Assembly (NCBI GenBank): GCA_965223845.1
Contig: CBDCXR010000004.1
Location: forward strand, 672,001 to 736,000
Length of the DNA stretch: 64,000 nt
DNA from: Planctomycetota bacterium
GTDB lineage: Bacteria > Planctomycetota > UBA8108 > SXIK01
Reading direction: 5' to 3'
Shown here: piece by piece, positions 19,511-29,224 of the stretch
How positions within the stretch are numbered: the first letter of the stretch is position 1
Layout of the letters: each line of letters opens with the position of its first letter
Position numbers and translations under genes: made by a program
The notes under the pieces: generated by a model
Database searches by the model: none
The model's input: only the letters and a program-made list of their open reading frames with translations
What the model was told of the DNA's origin: nothing

Positions 19511-20227
19511 CTAACGAGCGACCTTCGTGTACGTGCCGTTGTTGCTCGTCGCGAGATTCCGCAGGAACTGGTCCTGAAGATTACCGACGTTCAGCACACC
19601 GATCGTGTTCACCTGCGCGCGGTTGTAGTTCTGGGACTTGACGACGCTTAGGGTCGTCTGGAGGTAGGTGCTCTCGTTCGCGCCCTTGCACGTGCCGCCG
19701 CCGTCACCGACGTAGACGACCACTCGCCGCTGGGACGGCGCGGAGTTCGCAAACGTGAGCGCCGTGATGAGCCCCTCCTGGCAGCAGCTTCCGCCGCCGC
19801 CGCGCACGGTCTGCACCCAGTTCATCGCCGCGGCCTTCATCGCGGAGTTGGCTTCGGTGGCGCGTCCGCTCGCGGGAAACTTGAGGAGTCCCTTGTCGAA
19901 GAAGCAGAGCCCGAAGTACACGCGATCCGAAAACTCCTGGATCATCTTCGAGATTTCGCGCTTGGCGATATCGAGCTCGCCCGAGTCCTGCATACTGCCG
20001 GAGCGATCGACAGTGATGAACGTGCCGTCACCCTCGAAGGTTTGACCGTAGAACTGAATGATCTCCGGCGCGTCTTCGTCTTCGCCTTCGCCATCGGAAA
20101 GTCCGGCGTCGAAGGGGAGGTCCAAGTTCGCCTTGTTGCCGCCTCCAGCGAGTGACTGCGCGCTCGCCGTCGACCCGAAACAAAACGCAACCGCGAGGGC
20201 GGCGAGAAACGTCGAGAATCGACTCAT
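19511..20227 (-). CDS. secreted single-domain vWA (MIDAS) protein, paralog 3
   Basis: AAGGAG RBS, ATG at 20227, signal peptide ending ASA-Q, DRSGS MIDAS, VGDG. Confidence 0.87.
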   Translation of the reverse strand: MSRFSTFLAALAVAFCFGSTASAQSLAGGGNKANLDLPFDAGLSDGEGEDEDAPEIIQFYGQTFEGDGTFITVDRSGSMQDSGELDIAKREISKMIQEFSDRVYFGLCFFDKGLLKFPASGRATEANSAMKAAAMNWVQTVRGGGGSCCQEGLITALTFANSAPSQRRVVVYVGDGGGTCKGANESTYLQTTLSVVKSQNYNRAQVNTIGVLNVGNLQDQFLRNLATSNNGTYTKVAR

Positions 20228-20343
20228 GTGCGATATCTCCTTTGAACTCCGTGAGGGCGAGTCGGCCCGTAGGATTGAAGGCAGTGGATTCGAGTCCGGT
20301 GATCGCGGCACCGTCGAGCCCGCTTCCGGCGGGGTCAATACGA

Positions 20344-20372
20344 AGACGGAGTTGAGCTCCGGTTCCTTGCAC
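20344..20372 (-). promoter_or_regulatory. putative ECF-sigma-type promoter GTGCAAG-N16-CCGTCT upstream of vWA paralog 3
   Basis: Plus strand reads AGACGG-N16-CTTGCAC; shared by all three paralogs. Confidence 0.65.
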
Positions 20373-20691
20373 TGAATCCGCGGAAATCGCTTTCTTCACC
20401 TGACTCTCGCCCCTGATTGTACTTATGACTGGCGAGGCGATCAAGCCGGCGGGGCCGGCGGATTCGCCTGGAGCCGGGTTTGAAGCGGTTGGACAGAGCG
20501 CTAACAAAGTTCAAAACGATACAAACGGCGTAAAAGGCGAGTTCTGACCGGGATCGGTGGCCCCTCGGGCGGAAAAACGCCTTCGCCGGGCGCGAGCGCC
20601 CACTATACTGTGCCGCTTCCTCGGCGCCGCGCGGGAGTCGCGAGCGCCCCTCTCGCCGACCATCTCCCTCTCGACGGCGCCCTTGGAAGCG

Positions 20692-21222
20692 ATGGAAATC
20701 GTTCTCTACCCCGATCCGTTTCTCCGGCGGCGCGCGGAGCCTCTCACCCGAATCGACGAATCGGTGCGCGAGCGGGTGCGGCGGATGTTCGAGCTCATGT
20801 ACGAGGCGAACGGCGTCGGCCTTGCGGCGCCCCAGGTCGGCTGGGGAGTTCGTCTTTTCGTGACGAACGTAACCGGCGAACCGGACCCGGATGAGGAGCG
20901 CGTGTTCGTCAATCCCGAGGTCCGGAAGGTCGACGACGCCGAGACGGCGAACGAGGAGGAGGTCGACGTCGAGGGCTGTCTCTCGATTCCCGGCGTCCAG
21001 GGTCGGGTCTCCCGCCTCCGGCGCGTCATCGTCACGGCTCTCGACCTCGACGGCAACGAGTTCGAGGCGGAGGCCGTCGATCTCGACGCCCGCGTGATCC
21101 AGCACGAGACGGATCACCTCGACGGAATCCTCTTTCTCTCTAAGCTGAACACGACCGATCGACTGAAGGTCGCAAAGAAGCTGAAGAAGCTCGAGAAGGA
21201 GTACAAGCAGGCCCGCGGATGA
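20692..21222 (+). CDS. def: peptide deformylase
   Basis: GVGLAAPQ, EGCLS and QHETDHLDG motifs; start MEIVLYPDPFL. Confidence 0.96.
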   Translation: MEIVLYPDPFLRRRAEPLTRIDESVRERVRRMFELMYEANGVGLAAPQVGWGVRLFVTNVTGEPDPDEERVFVNPEVRKVDDAETANEEEVDVEGCLSIPGVQGRVSRLRRVIVTALDLDGNEFEAEAVDLDARVIQHETDHLDGILFLSKLNTTDRLKVAKKLKKLEKEYKQARG

Positions 21223-22268
21223 GCGACGCGACGCCGGCACTACCGCTCCGAATCTACCGAAGCTTGGCCGCCGCGGAGAAGGACGCGCCCGCCGGCGCGC
21301 TCCCGCGAGTCGTGGCCGCGGGATTCTACGACGGAGTCCATCTCGGTCACCGCGCGCTCCTTCGCGAGCTCGCGGAGTGGGGGGCCGAGGCGGGGGCGGA
21401 GCCGGCGGTTCTCACGTTCGATCCGCACCCGCTCGAGGTCCTCCGCTCGGCCGCCCCGGCGAAGGTGGTTTCGCTCGAGCACCGCCTGCTCCTCCTCGCG
21501 TCGAGCGGCGTTCGGACCGTGCTCGTGCTGCCGTTCGATGTCGCGGTCTCGCGGTGGTCGGCGGCAGAGTTCGTCTCGCGCGCGATGCGCGACGCTCTCC
21601 GTGCGCGCTACGTGCTCATGGGATTCGACAGCGCCTGGGGGCACGAGCGCGCCGGTTCGTTCGCAGAGCTCACCCGTCTCGCCCCTGACCTCGGCGTCGA
21701 GATTCGGCGGGCGGGCGTCGAGCGCCTAGGCGGGAGGCGCGTCTCGAGCACGCTCGTTCGCGACGCGGTGCGGAACGGTTCGCTCGCGGAGCTCTCCGTT
21801 CTCCTCGGGCGGGACTTTTCCGTGCTCGGCGAAGTCGTCCGCGGCCACGGTCGCGGTCACGAACTCGGCTTTCCGACCGCTAACATTCGATCGAAGGCCG
21901 ACCTCGATCTTCCTTCCGGCGTCTACTTCGCTGAAGTCTCCCGCTGGGGACGTCTCGATCTCGATCCGTCGCGCCCGGTCGCGACCGTCGACGCAGCCCC
22001 TCCGGCGACGCGCGCGAACGCTCTCGTCAACATCGGCTCGGCGCCGACGTTCGGCGGCGGCGACGGGATCTCGATCGAGGCCTACCTCGTTCCGTCGAGC
22101 GAGTCGACGACGCATCGAGACGAAGCCGTCGATCTCTACGGCGAGACGATCGAGATCCATTTTCTCGAGCGTCACCGCGACGAAATCCGTTTCGATTCGC
22201 CACGCGAGCTCGCCGAACAGATTCGCCGCGACGTGGACGCGCACGGACAGTTTGTCGCCCGGCGGTGA
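21219..22268 (+). CDS. ribF: bifunctional riboflavin kinase / FAD synthetase
   Basis: GFYDGVHLGH, TFDPHP, VSSTLVR, GRGHELGFPTAN, NIGSAPTF, DLYG. Confidence 0.93.
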   Translation: MSDATPALPLRIYRSLAAAEKDAPAGALPRVVAAGFYDGVHLGHRALLRELAEWGAEAGAEPAVLTFDPHPLEVLRSAAPAKVVSLEHRLLLLASSGVRTVLVLPFDVAVSRWSAAEFVSRAMRDALRARYVLMGFDSAWGHERAGSFAELTRLAPDLGVEIRRAGVERLGGRRVSSTLVRDAVRNGSLAELSVLLGRDFSVLGEVVRGHGRGHELGFPTANIRSKADLDLPSGVYFAEVSRWGRLDLDPSRPVATVDAAPPATRANALVNIGSAPTFGGGDGISIEAYLVPSSESTTHRDEAVDLYGETIEIHFLERHRDEIRFDSPRELAEQIRRDVDAHGQFVARR

Positions 22269-22290
22269 TCCTCCGGCGGGCTCGTCTGCG

Positions 22291-23778
22291 CTAGCTGCCG
22301 TCCGTCTCGCAGGGACAGACGAGAATCGGCTGCTTGACTGCGTTCACTTCGTCGAGGCGGCGCACCGGCTGCGTGACAGGCGCCGCGAGGAGGGTCTCGG
22401 GCGAGGCGATCGCTTCGCTCGCGATCTGTAGCATCGCGTCCGCGAACGCGTCGAGCGTTTCGAGCGATTCGGTCTCGGTCGGCTCGATCATCAGCGCCTC
22501 GGCGACGACGAGGGGAAAGTAGATCGTCGGCGGATGGAAGCCGAGGTCGATCAGCCGCTTTGCGATGTCGAGCGCCCGGATGCCGTGGGCCTTCTGTCGC
22601 TTCGCCGTGAAGACGACCTCGTGCATGCATCGCGCTGAGTAGGGCAGATGGTACGCATCGCGAAGCCGAGCGCGGAGGTAGTTCGCGCCGAGGACGGCGT
22701 TCTCGCTGATCCCGCGGAGCTCGGCGGGGCCGTGCGCCATCGCGTAGGCGAGCGCGCGAATCAGGATGCCGGAGTTGCCGAAGAACGAGCGCACCTTACC
22801 GATGCTGTGCGGCGCGTCGGCGAGGAGCGCGAAGGTCCCGTCGTCCTTGCGCTCGAGGCGAGGGACGGGGAGGTAAGGAGCCAGGGCATCGGAGACTGCG
22901 ATCGGCCCCGCGCCCGGCCCGCCCCCGCCGTGCGGCGTCGAGAACGTCTTGTGGAGATTGAAGTGCATCACGTCGACGCCAAAGTCGCCGGGACGGGTGA
23001 TCCCGAGGATGGCGTTCATGTTCGCCCCGTCCATATAGAGGAGCGCCCCGGTCTCGTGGAGCTCGTGGCTGATCGTTCCGATGTCGCTCTCGAAGATTCC
23101 GAGCGTGTTCGGATTGGTGATCATCATCGCGGCGACGTCGTCCTCGAGTTTCGCGCGGAAATCCTCGAGGGAGACGCGTCCGTCGGGACCCGATTTCACT
23201 TCGCGGGTCTCGAACCCGGCGAGAGTACAGCTCGAAGGATTCGTTCCGTGGGCGCTGTCGGGGATGAGGACGACGTTTTTCTCGGCTGACTTTCCCTCGT
23301 GGCAGAGGTGCGCCTTGATGAGCATGAGCGCCGTCAGCTCGCCGTGAGCGCCGGCCGCCGGCTGGAGCGACACGTGGGGGAGGCCGCTCACTTCGCTCAA
23401 GAACCGTTCGAGTCGATGGAAGACCGTGAGGATGCCCTGGACCTCCTCCGCCGTCGCGAGAGGGTGCGCATCGCGAAACCCGCGCTCGTTCGCCGCGACC
23501 TCGTTCAGTCGCGGGTTGTACTTCATGGTGCACGAGCCGAGCGGGTAGAAGTTGCCGTCGATCGAGAAGTTCTTGATCGAGATTCTCGTGTAGTGCCGGA
23601 CGGCATCGAGCTCGCTCAGCTCGGGAAGACCCACGCTTTCCTCGCGGCGGAGCTCGCGCGGGAGGCACTCGTCGAGTGGCGGCAGGTCATCCTCCGCGCG
23701 CGGGGGCATGACGCCGAGACGACCGGGACGGCTCAGCTCGAACACGGTCGGAGTGGACGTCGACGGCGCGGTGCTCAC
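22291..23778 (-). CDS. gcvPB: glycine dehydrogenase (decarboxylating) subunit 2
   Basis: YPLGSCTMKYNP, AHGTNP, HFNLHKTFSTPHGGGGPG. GTG start overlaps the gcvPA stop, with a GGAGG RBS. Confidence 0.95.
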   Translation of the reverse strand: MSTAPSTSTPTVFELSRPGRLGVMPPRAEDDLPPLDECLPRELRREESVGLPELSELDAVRHYTRISIKNFSIDGNFYPLGSCTMKYNPRLNEVAANERGFRDAHPLATAEEVQGILTVFHRLERFLSEVSGLPHVSLQPAAGAHGELTALMLIKAHLCHEGKSAEKNVVLIPDSAHGTNPSSCTLAGFETREVKSGPDGRVSLEDFRAKLEDDVAAMMITNPNTLGIFESDIGTISHELHETGALLYMDGANMNAILGITRPGDFGVDVMHFNLHKTFSTPHGGGGPGAGPIAVSDALAPYLPVPRLERKDDGTFALLADAPHSIGKVRSFFGNSGILIRALAYAMAHGPAELRGISENAVLGANYLRARLRDAYHLPYSARCMHEVVFTAKRQKAHGIRALDIAKRLIDLGFHPPTIYFPLVVAEALMIEPTETESLETLDAFADAMLQIASEAIASPETLLAAPVTQPVRRLDEVNAVKQPILVCPCETDGS

Positions 23779-25196
23779 GAGGCCTCCAGGGCGTTTTCCG
23801 TCGCCGACGTGCGGCGGTTCGTTTCGTCCTGCACCGGCGCGCGCCGGCAAATCTCCGCGACCGACTCGGTGAGTCGATCGATGTCGGCCTTCGTAGTCAG
23901 CTCGGTGAACGCGAACAACATCTCCCGCTCGCGGCCCGGAAAGTAGCGCCCGAGCGGAAGACCGCCGCCGATTCCGGCGCGATCGAGCTCGCGGTACATC
24001 GTCTCCGCCGGAAGCGGAAGCTCGAGCGTGAGCTCGCAGAAAACCGGCGCTTGGTACACAGCGCGGACGGAGGGAATCGCAGTGAGGGCGGCGCGTGCGT
24101 ATCGAGCTCGCCGCGCCGACACGCTCGCGACCTCGCGGAGCCCCGTCTCGCCGAGGAGAGTGAGGTACATCGCGCCGCGGAGGCAGCACAGACCTTGATT
24201 CGTGCAAATGTTGCTCGTCGCCCGTTCGCGGCGGATGTGCTGCTCGCGCGTTTGAAACGTGAGTACGTAGCCGCGCTTCCCTTCGCTGTCGCGCGTTTCT
24301 CCGACGATGCGCCCGGGGAGCTTCCGTACGTGAGCTTCGCGTGTGGCAAAAAAGCCGAAGCTCGGTCCTCCGTACGCGATCGGATTCCCGAGCTGCTGCC
24401 CCTCGCCGACGGCGACGTCGGCCCCGTACGCTCCGGGTGGCTTGAGAAGCGCGAGCGAGATAGGGTCGACGACCGCGATGAAGACAGGCGGGAGTTCCAC
24501 CGCATCGAGCGCCGCGCGAATCTTCTCCCCCGATTCGATCACGCCGAAGAAGTTCGGTGTCTGCATCGCGACGGCGAGCGTCTCCGGGGTGATGAGTGGA
24601 CCGAGGAGCTCGACCGAGGTTAGGCCGCTGGCGTCGATCGGAACGCGTACGATCTCGATCGGGTGGCTCGCGAGATAGGTTTCGAGGACGCGCAGGTACT
24701 CGGGGTGGATTCCCTCCGACACGATCACCCGGTGTCCCTTTCGCCGGATCGAGTACGCCATGAGGACGGACTCGGCGAGCGCGGTCGCGCCCTCGTACAT
24801 CGACGCGTTCGAAATCTCCATGCCGGTCAGGCGGGCGATCATCGATTGATACTCGAAGATCGCCTGGAGCGTCCCCTGACTCACCTCGGGCTGGTACGGC
24901 GTGTACGCCGTGCTGAACTCGCCGCGGCTCGCGAGGTGCTCGACCGCGGAGGGAATGAATCGGCGGTAGGATCCGGCTCCGAGAAAGGAAGGACGCTGGG
25001 AAGCCGCGCGATTCCTCGCCGCGAGTCGGCCGAGTTCGTCCAGGATTTCCGCCTCGGTTCGCCGCGGCGGGATCGCGAGCGGTCGATCGAGGCGGTGCTC
25101 CCGCGGGATTCCGTCGAACAGCTCCTCGAGGCTTTCGGCGCCGATCGCCGCGAGCATCGCCGCGCGCTCTTCCGGGGTGTGGGGCGAATACGTCAT
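23775..25196 (-). CDS. gcvPA: glycine dehydrogenase (decarboxylating) subunit 1
   Basis: YTPYQPEVSQGTLQ, NASMYEG, REQHIRRERATSNICTNQ. Confidence 0.95.
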   Translation of the reverse strand: MTYSPHTPEERAAMLAAIGAESLEELFDGIPREHRLDRPLAIPPRRTEAEILDELGRLAARNRAASQRPSFLGAGSYRRFIPSAVEHLASRGEFSTAYTPYQPEVSQGTLQAIFEYQSMIARLTGMEISNASMYEGATALAESVLMAYSIRRKGHRVIVSEGIHPEYLRVLETYLASHPIEIVRVPIDASGLTSVELLGPLITPETLAVAMQTPNFFGVIESGEKIRAALDAVELPPVFIAVVDPISLALLKPPGAYGADVAVGEGQQLGNPIAYGGPSFGFFATREAHVRKLPGRIVGETRDSEGKRGYVLTFQTREQHIRRERATSNICTNQGLCCLRGAMYLTLLGETGLREVASVSARRARYARAALTAIPSVRAVYQAPVFCELTLELPLPAETMYRELDRAGIGGGLPLGRYFPGREREMLFAFTELTTKADIDRLTESVAEICRRAPVQDETNRRTSATENALEAS

Positions 25197-25287
25197 AGTC
25201 GATCCGAAGCGCCGCGGTGCGATGAAGAGCGGAGTTCGGCGCGAACGCTCGCTCGCTCGCCGCGACGCGCAGGTCCAGCGATCAGCG

Positions 25288-25683
25288 TCAGTGCTCGTGC
25301 TCTTCGGTTTCGATGTGGGCGGCGTACTCCGCCGCGCTGAGAAGGTGCTCGCGCCCGTCGGCGCCGGAGAGGCGGACTTTGATCAACCACCCGTCGTTGA
25401 ACGGAGATGACGCGATGGGGCCGACATCGTCGGCGAGACCGTCGTTCACCTCGACCACCTCGCCGCCGAGCGGGGCGTAGAGATCGCTCACGGTCTTCGT
25501 CGATTCGATCTCGCCGAAGCGTTCGCCGGTCTTCACCGAGGACCCGCTCTCCGGGAGCTCGACGAAGGTCAAGTCGCCGAGTTGATCGACGGCGTGATCG
25601 GTGATGCCGATGGCGGCGGTGTCGCCATCGATCCGGATCCACTCGTGCGTCTTCGTGTACAGCGCGTCGTCGGGTCCGGGCAT
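25288..25683 (-). CDS. gcvH: glycine cleavage system H protein
   Basis: YTKTHEW, GITDHA, lipoyl site IESTKTVSDLYAP, GWL. Confidence 0.95.
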   Translation of the reverse strand: MPGPDDALYTKTHEWIRIDGDTAAIGITDHAVDQLGDLTFVELPESGSSVKTGERFGEIESTKTVSDLYAPLGGEVVEVNDGLADDVGPIASSPFNDGWLIKVRLSGADGREHLLSAAEYAAHIETEEHEH

Positions 25684-25885
25684 GGTGCTCCTCGAAACTC
25701 TCTTCGAACGTCTCGGCCGAGCTCAACGAGGATTCTCGGTGAACCGGGCAGCGAAACTGGGAACTTCAAGCGGAGTCGCGCCGGAAGGGGGCTCCTCGCC
25801 GGTCGCTCGACTCTCTTTAGTCCAAGTTTCGATCGAATGCAACAGGACGAAGCCCGAGAAACTGCGCCGGCGGCGGATTCGCGAG

Positions 25886-26995
25886 TCAGGCCTTCGTCTT
25901 CGCCTTCCGCACGCGCGAGAAGAAGGGGACCGGGTGCCGTTCGAGCCGCGCGTTCCGGCCGCGAATGTCGACGGAGAGCTCCGCGTCCTCCGGAACGTCC
26001 GCGTTCAGGTAGCCGAGTGCGATCGGATACCCGAGCGTCGGTGATGGCGCGCCGCTCGTCACGCGGCCGACTTCCCCGTCGCGGTGGACAATCGACATGC
26101 CCGCGCGGGCGGCCCGGCGGCCGTCGACCCGGAACCCGGCGAGACGACGCGGAACCCCCGCGCGCTTTTGCTCTAGGAGCGCCTCGCGTCCGATGAACTC
26201 GGCGGCTTTGTCGAACTTGACCGCGAAGTCGAGGCCGGCTTCGAGCGGAGTCGTCGTCCCGTCGATGTCGTTGCCGCAGAGCGGCATGCCGGCTTCGAGC
26301 CGGAGGGTGTCGCGCGCACCGAGCCCGATAGGTGCGATGCGTTCGCCGCCCGCGTCGAGGAGAGCCTGCCAGAGGCGTTCGGCGTGCTTCGCATCGACGT
26401 AGAGCTCGTAGCCGTTTTCGCCCGTGTACCCCGTCCGAGCGACGAATGCGCGATCACCGAACACGCGCGCCTCCGTAATCGAGTAGTACTTGAGCTCGTC
26501 CCACGGGGTCGTCGGCGCGAGAGCCACCTCGGCCGTGATGCGCTGAGCTTCCGGGCCTTGAACGGCGACCATCGCCCAGTCGTCGCTCCGGTCGATCCGC
26601 TCCGCCGCTCGATCTTCGCGGTGCCGGTCGAGCCACTCGAGCACGGCGTCCCGATTGGACGCGTTGACGACGAGGAGCGTGAGGTCGGGAAGGCGGTACA
26701 CGATCGCATCATCGAGGACCGTTCCGTCTTCGTTCAGGATCAGCGTGTAGCGCGCCCGGCCGTGGGCAATCGCCCGAAAGTCGTTCGTGATCACGCGATC
26801 GAGCCAGTCGCCGTGCTCGTCGCCGCGGAGCTCGATCCGGCCCATGTGACAGAGATCGAAGAGGCCGGCCGACTCTCTCACGCGCCGGTGCTCGTCGGGG
26901 ATGCTCCCGTACCGAACCGGCATCTCCCAGCCGTGGAATTCGATCATGACCGCGCCGAGGCGCAGGTGCTCGGAGTGGAGCGGTGTGCGATTCAT
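25886..26995 (-). CDS. gcvT: glycine cleavage system aminomethyltransferase T
   Basis: RTPLH, GWEMP, FDLCHMG, RTGYTGE, GLGARDTLRLEAG. Confidence 0.95.
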   Translation of the reverse strand: MNRTPLHSEHLRLGAVMIEFHGWEMPVRYGSIPDEHRRVRESAGLFDLCHMGRIELRGDEHGDWLDRVITNDFRAIAHGRARYTLILNEDGTVLDDAIVYRLPDLTLLVVNASNRDAVLEWLDRHREDRAAERIDRSDDWAMVAVQGPEAQRITAEVALAPTTPWDELKYYSITEARVFGDRAFVARTGYTGENGYELYVDAKHAERLWQALLDAGGERIAPIGLGARDTLRLEAGMPLCGNDIDGTTTPLEAGLDFAVKFDKAAEFIGREALLEQKRAGVPRRLAGFRVDGRRAARAGMSIVHRDGEVGRVTSGAPSPTLGYPIALGYLNADVPEDAELSVDIRGRNARLERHPVPFFSRVRKAKTKA

Positions 26996-27136
26996 GCGGG
27001 AGACGATACTGGAAGCTCGGTCAGTTTCAAGCCGTGCGTCCGCGCCGGGCGAGGATCGTCTCAACACGACGCGAGGCGTTCCCAGGTCACCTGGAAACGC
27101 CTCGCGTGCGAATGGTCGAGAACGGCGAAGGTTCGA

Positions 27137-29224
27137 CTAGAACCCGAAGCCTTCCTTCGGATCGGTGATCGGCTTCTTCTCGCCGTCGCCGTCACCCGAA
27201 TCCTCCGGATCCTTCTCGCCGCTCTTCTTCCCGGTGATCGTCGACCCGGTTTTCTTCTTCCCGGTCTGACGGCGCAGCATCTTCACCGCCGTCGGCTTAT
27301 CGAGGATTCCCGCGATCCTGAGTCCCTTGAACGTGAACTTCGACCGGCTCCACTTGAACCCGACGAGCCCGCCCGTCTGGAACGGCTTCTCGCTCACGTA
27401 TTCGTTCTTCTTCTCGTCGAATCCGCGGTCGTAGACGCACGTCATTTTCGCCGAGCTCATCAAGTCTTCGATCGTCGGGTCGGGATTGTCGATCGCCGCG
27501 CCCGGCATCGCGTACTCGACGAGCATCTTGACGTCCTTCGTCTTGTTGAACCAGTAGTTCGCGCTCCGTCCCTTGAACTCGTCGAATTCGAGCAGTGACT
27601 TCGGCCGGCCGCCGCCGACGGAGTACCGCCAGTGGATCCACTCCGTCATGTAGGAATTCCGCTTCTCCGGGTCGTACATCACGATGCAGTTGAACGAGCC
27701 GTTCGCGTCCATGGTCTGGATTGCCATGTCCCACTCGACCCGCACGCGGTACTTGAACGGAACCGGAATGTAGAACACGCCCTTCGTGTTGCCCTGGAAT
27801 GACTGCGATTCACCGGCATCCGGCGTGAGTGGGTTCTGAAACTGAAGGTACTTCTTGTCCCGGAGATTCTTGATGACTCTCTTCGTGAGTCGATGCGAGC
27901 CCAGGTCGGCGAGCATCCGCCCGCCGTTCGTGTAGTCGATGAACGCGATTCCGCTGTCGGGATCGTAGTGGAGCTCCTTACTGAGAAGCTGGTAGTGCTC
28001 GCGGAGGAATTCCTCGTCCTCGGCGTCGAGCTCCTGCGGATAGCGCGTCGCCTCGAATTCACCGGCGAGCGTCGTCATCTGCGCCGCCGCCGCTTGGCGC
28101 CTCATGTCGGCTTCGATGTCTCCCGAGCTTCCGCCGGCCGGCGGGACGTAGGTCCCCGAGCCCGGTCGGCCGCCGAGTTTCGCGATCGCGCTCGCCTTTT
28201 CGGTGGCGATCTTCTCCGCGGACGCGAGGCGCTGTTTCTCCATCTCCTTTTCGTGTTCGAGCATGCGCTCGCGCTCTTTCGCCGCCTGCGCCATGAACGC
28301 GGCCATCTCCGCCTTGCTCACCGTGTTCTCGAGCGCGCGAATGTACGCGGCGGCCGCCTGCTGGTAGGTCGTCACGGCGGCGTCGAAGTTGCCTTCCTCG
28401 AAGTGGGAGGCGGCATCGCGCTCGACTTGGCCGGCCGCGAGCCAATCGCTCAGCGCCTTCGAATTCGCACCGGAATCCTCGGCCTGCTTCTTGTAGAGAG
28501 TCATCGTCGCCTGCTCGGCGAGCGCGCGCTTCTTCGTCTTCGCGGCCTCTCCGGCGAATTCCACGGCGTCGGCGAAGAGCATCTTCGCGTTCTCGAGCTC
28601 TGACTCGATCTCTTCGATCGTCTCCGGCGTCGCGTCGGCGAGCTCCTTCTGCGCGGCCTCAAACGTGGAGACGGCGTCCTCGTAGTCGACCTCCGCCGTC
28701 TCGGGCGCTCCCGCCTCTTCGGCCTTCGTCTTCTCCTCTTCGATCTTCGCGATGAGCGCTTTCGCGCTCTTCAGCTTTTTCTCGTAATCGGCGTAATCCT
28801 TGAGGAGACGCTCGAGGTCCCGCTCGGCGCGCTCGAAGGCAGTCCTCGCCTTCTTCGTTTCGTCCTCGTCGAGGTAGTTCTCGCCGCGCGTCTGCTGCTT
28901 CCGAGCGGCGCGGTAGTCGTCGGCAAACGCCTTGCTCGCCCCGATCTTCTTTGCCCGCGCGACGAGCTGCTCGACCGTCTCCTGGATCGCGAGCTCGTTC
29001 GAATCGCGGGATTTCGATTCCTTCTTTTTCCGCGAGCTCGACGAGCCGCTCTTCTTCTTGCTCGACTTTTTCTTTCGGCTCGAGCTCGCCTTCTTCGGTT
29101 CCTCCTCGGGCTCGCTGCTACACGATACGAGCGCCGGAACTGCGATCAGCGAGAGAGCGACGAGGACGCAGAACGCGCGCAGGCTCGCGAGAGCACGGCG
29201 TTCGAATGGAGACTTGGAATACAC
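27137..29224 (-). CDS. large hypothetical lipoprotein (Lys/Ser-rich segment, long helical/coiled-coil region, C-terminal beta-rich domain)
   Basis: GGAGGAG RBS, GTG start, lipobox ALVS-C and genome-typical codon usage. No family recognised. Confidence 0.75.
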   Translation of the reverse strand: MYSKSPFERRALASLRAFCVLVALSLIAVPALVSCSSEPEEEPKKASSSRKKKSSKKKSGSSSSRKKKESKSRDSNELAIQETVEQLVARAKKIGASKAFADDYRAARKQQTRGENYLDEDETKKARTAFERAERDLERLLKDYADYEKKLKSAKALIAKIEEEKTKAEEAGAPETAEVDYEDAVSTFEAAQKELADATPETIEEIESELENAKMLFADAVEFAGEAAKTKKRALAEQATMTLYKKQAEDSGANSKALSDWLAAGQVERDAASHFEEGNFDAAVTTYQQAAAAYIRALENTVSKAEMAAFMAQAAKERERMLEHEKEMEKQRLASAEKIATEKASAIAKLGGRPGSGTYVPPAGGSSGDIEADMRRQAAAAQMTTLAGEFEATRYPQELDAEDEEFLREHYQLLSKELHYDPDSGIAFIDYTNGGRMLADLGSHRLTKRVIKNLRDKKYLQFQNPLTPDAGESQSFQGNTKGVFYIPVPFKYRVRVEWDMAIQTMDANGSFNCIVMYDPEKRNSYMTEWIHWRYSVGGGRPKSLLEFDEFKGRSANYWFNKTKDVKMLVEYAMPGAAIDNPDPTIEDLMSSAKMTCVYDRGFDEKKNEYVSEKPFQTGGLVGFKWSRSKFTFKGLRIAGILDKPTAVKMLRRQTGKKKTGSTITGKKSGEKDPEDSGDGDGEKKPITDPKEGFGF

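Noticed and set aside
17230-20227. vWA repeats as a diversity-generating retroelement (TR/VR) or as an assembly artefact
   Set aside because: Differences are mostly synonymous third-position changes and not adenine-specific, and no reverse transcriptase is present. Distinct signal peptides and spacers argue against a collapsed or duplicated assembly.
22291-26995. Absence of the L protein from the gcv operon
   Set aside because: Dihydrolipoamide dehydrogenase is commonly encoded elsewhere; not unusual.
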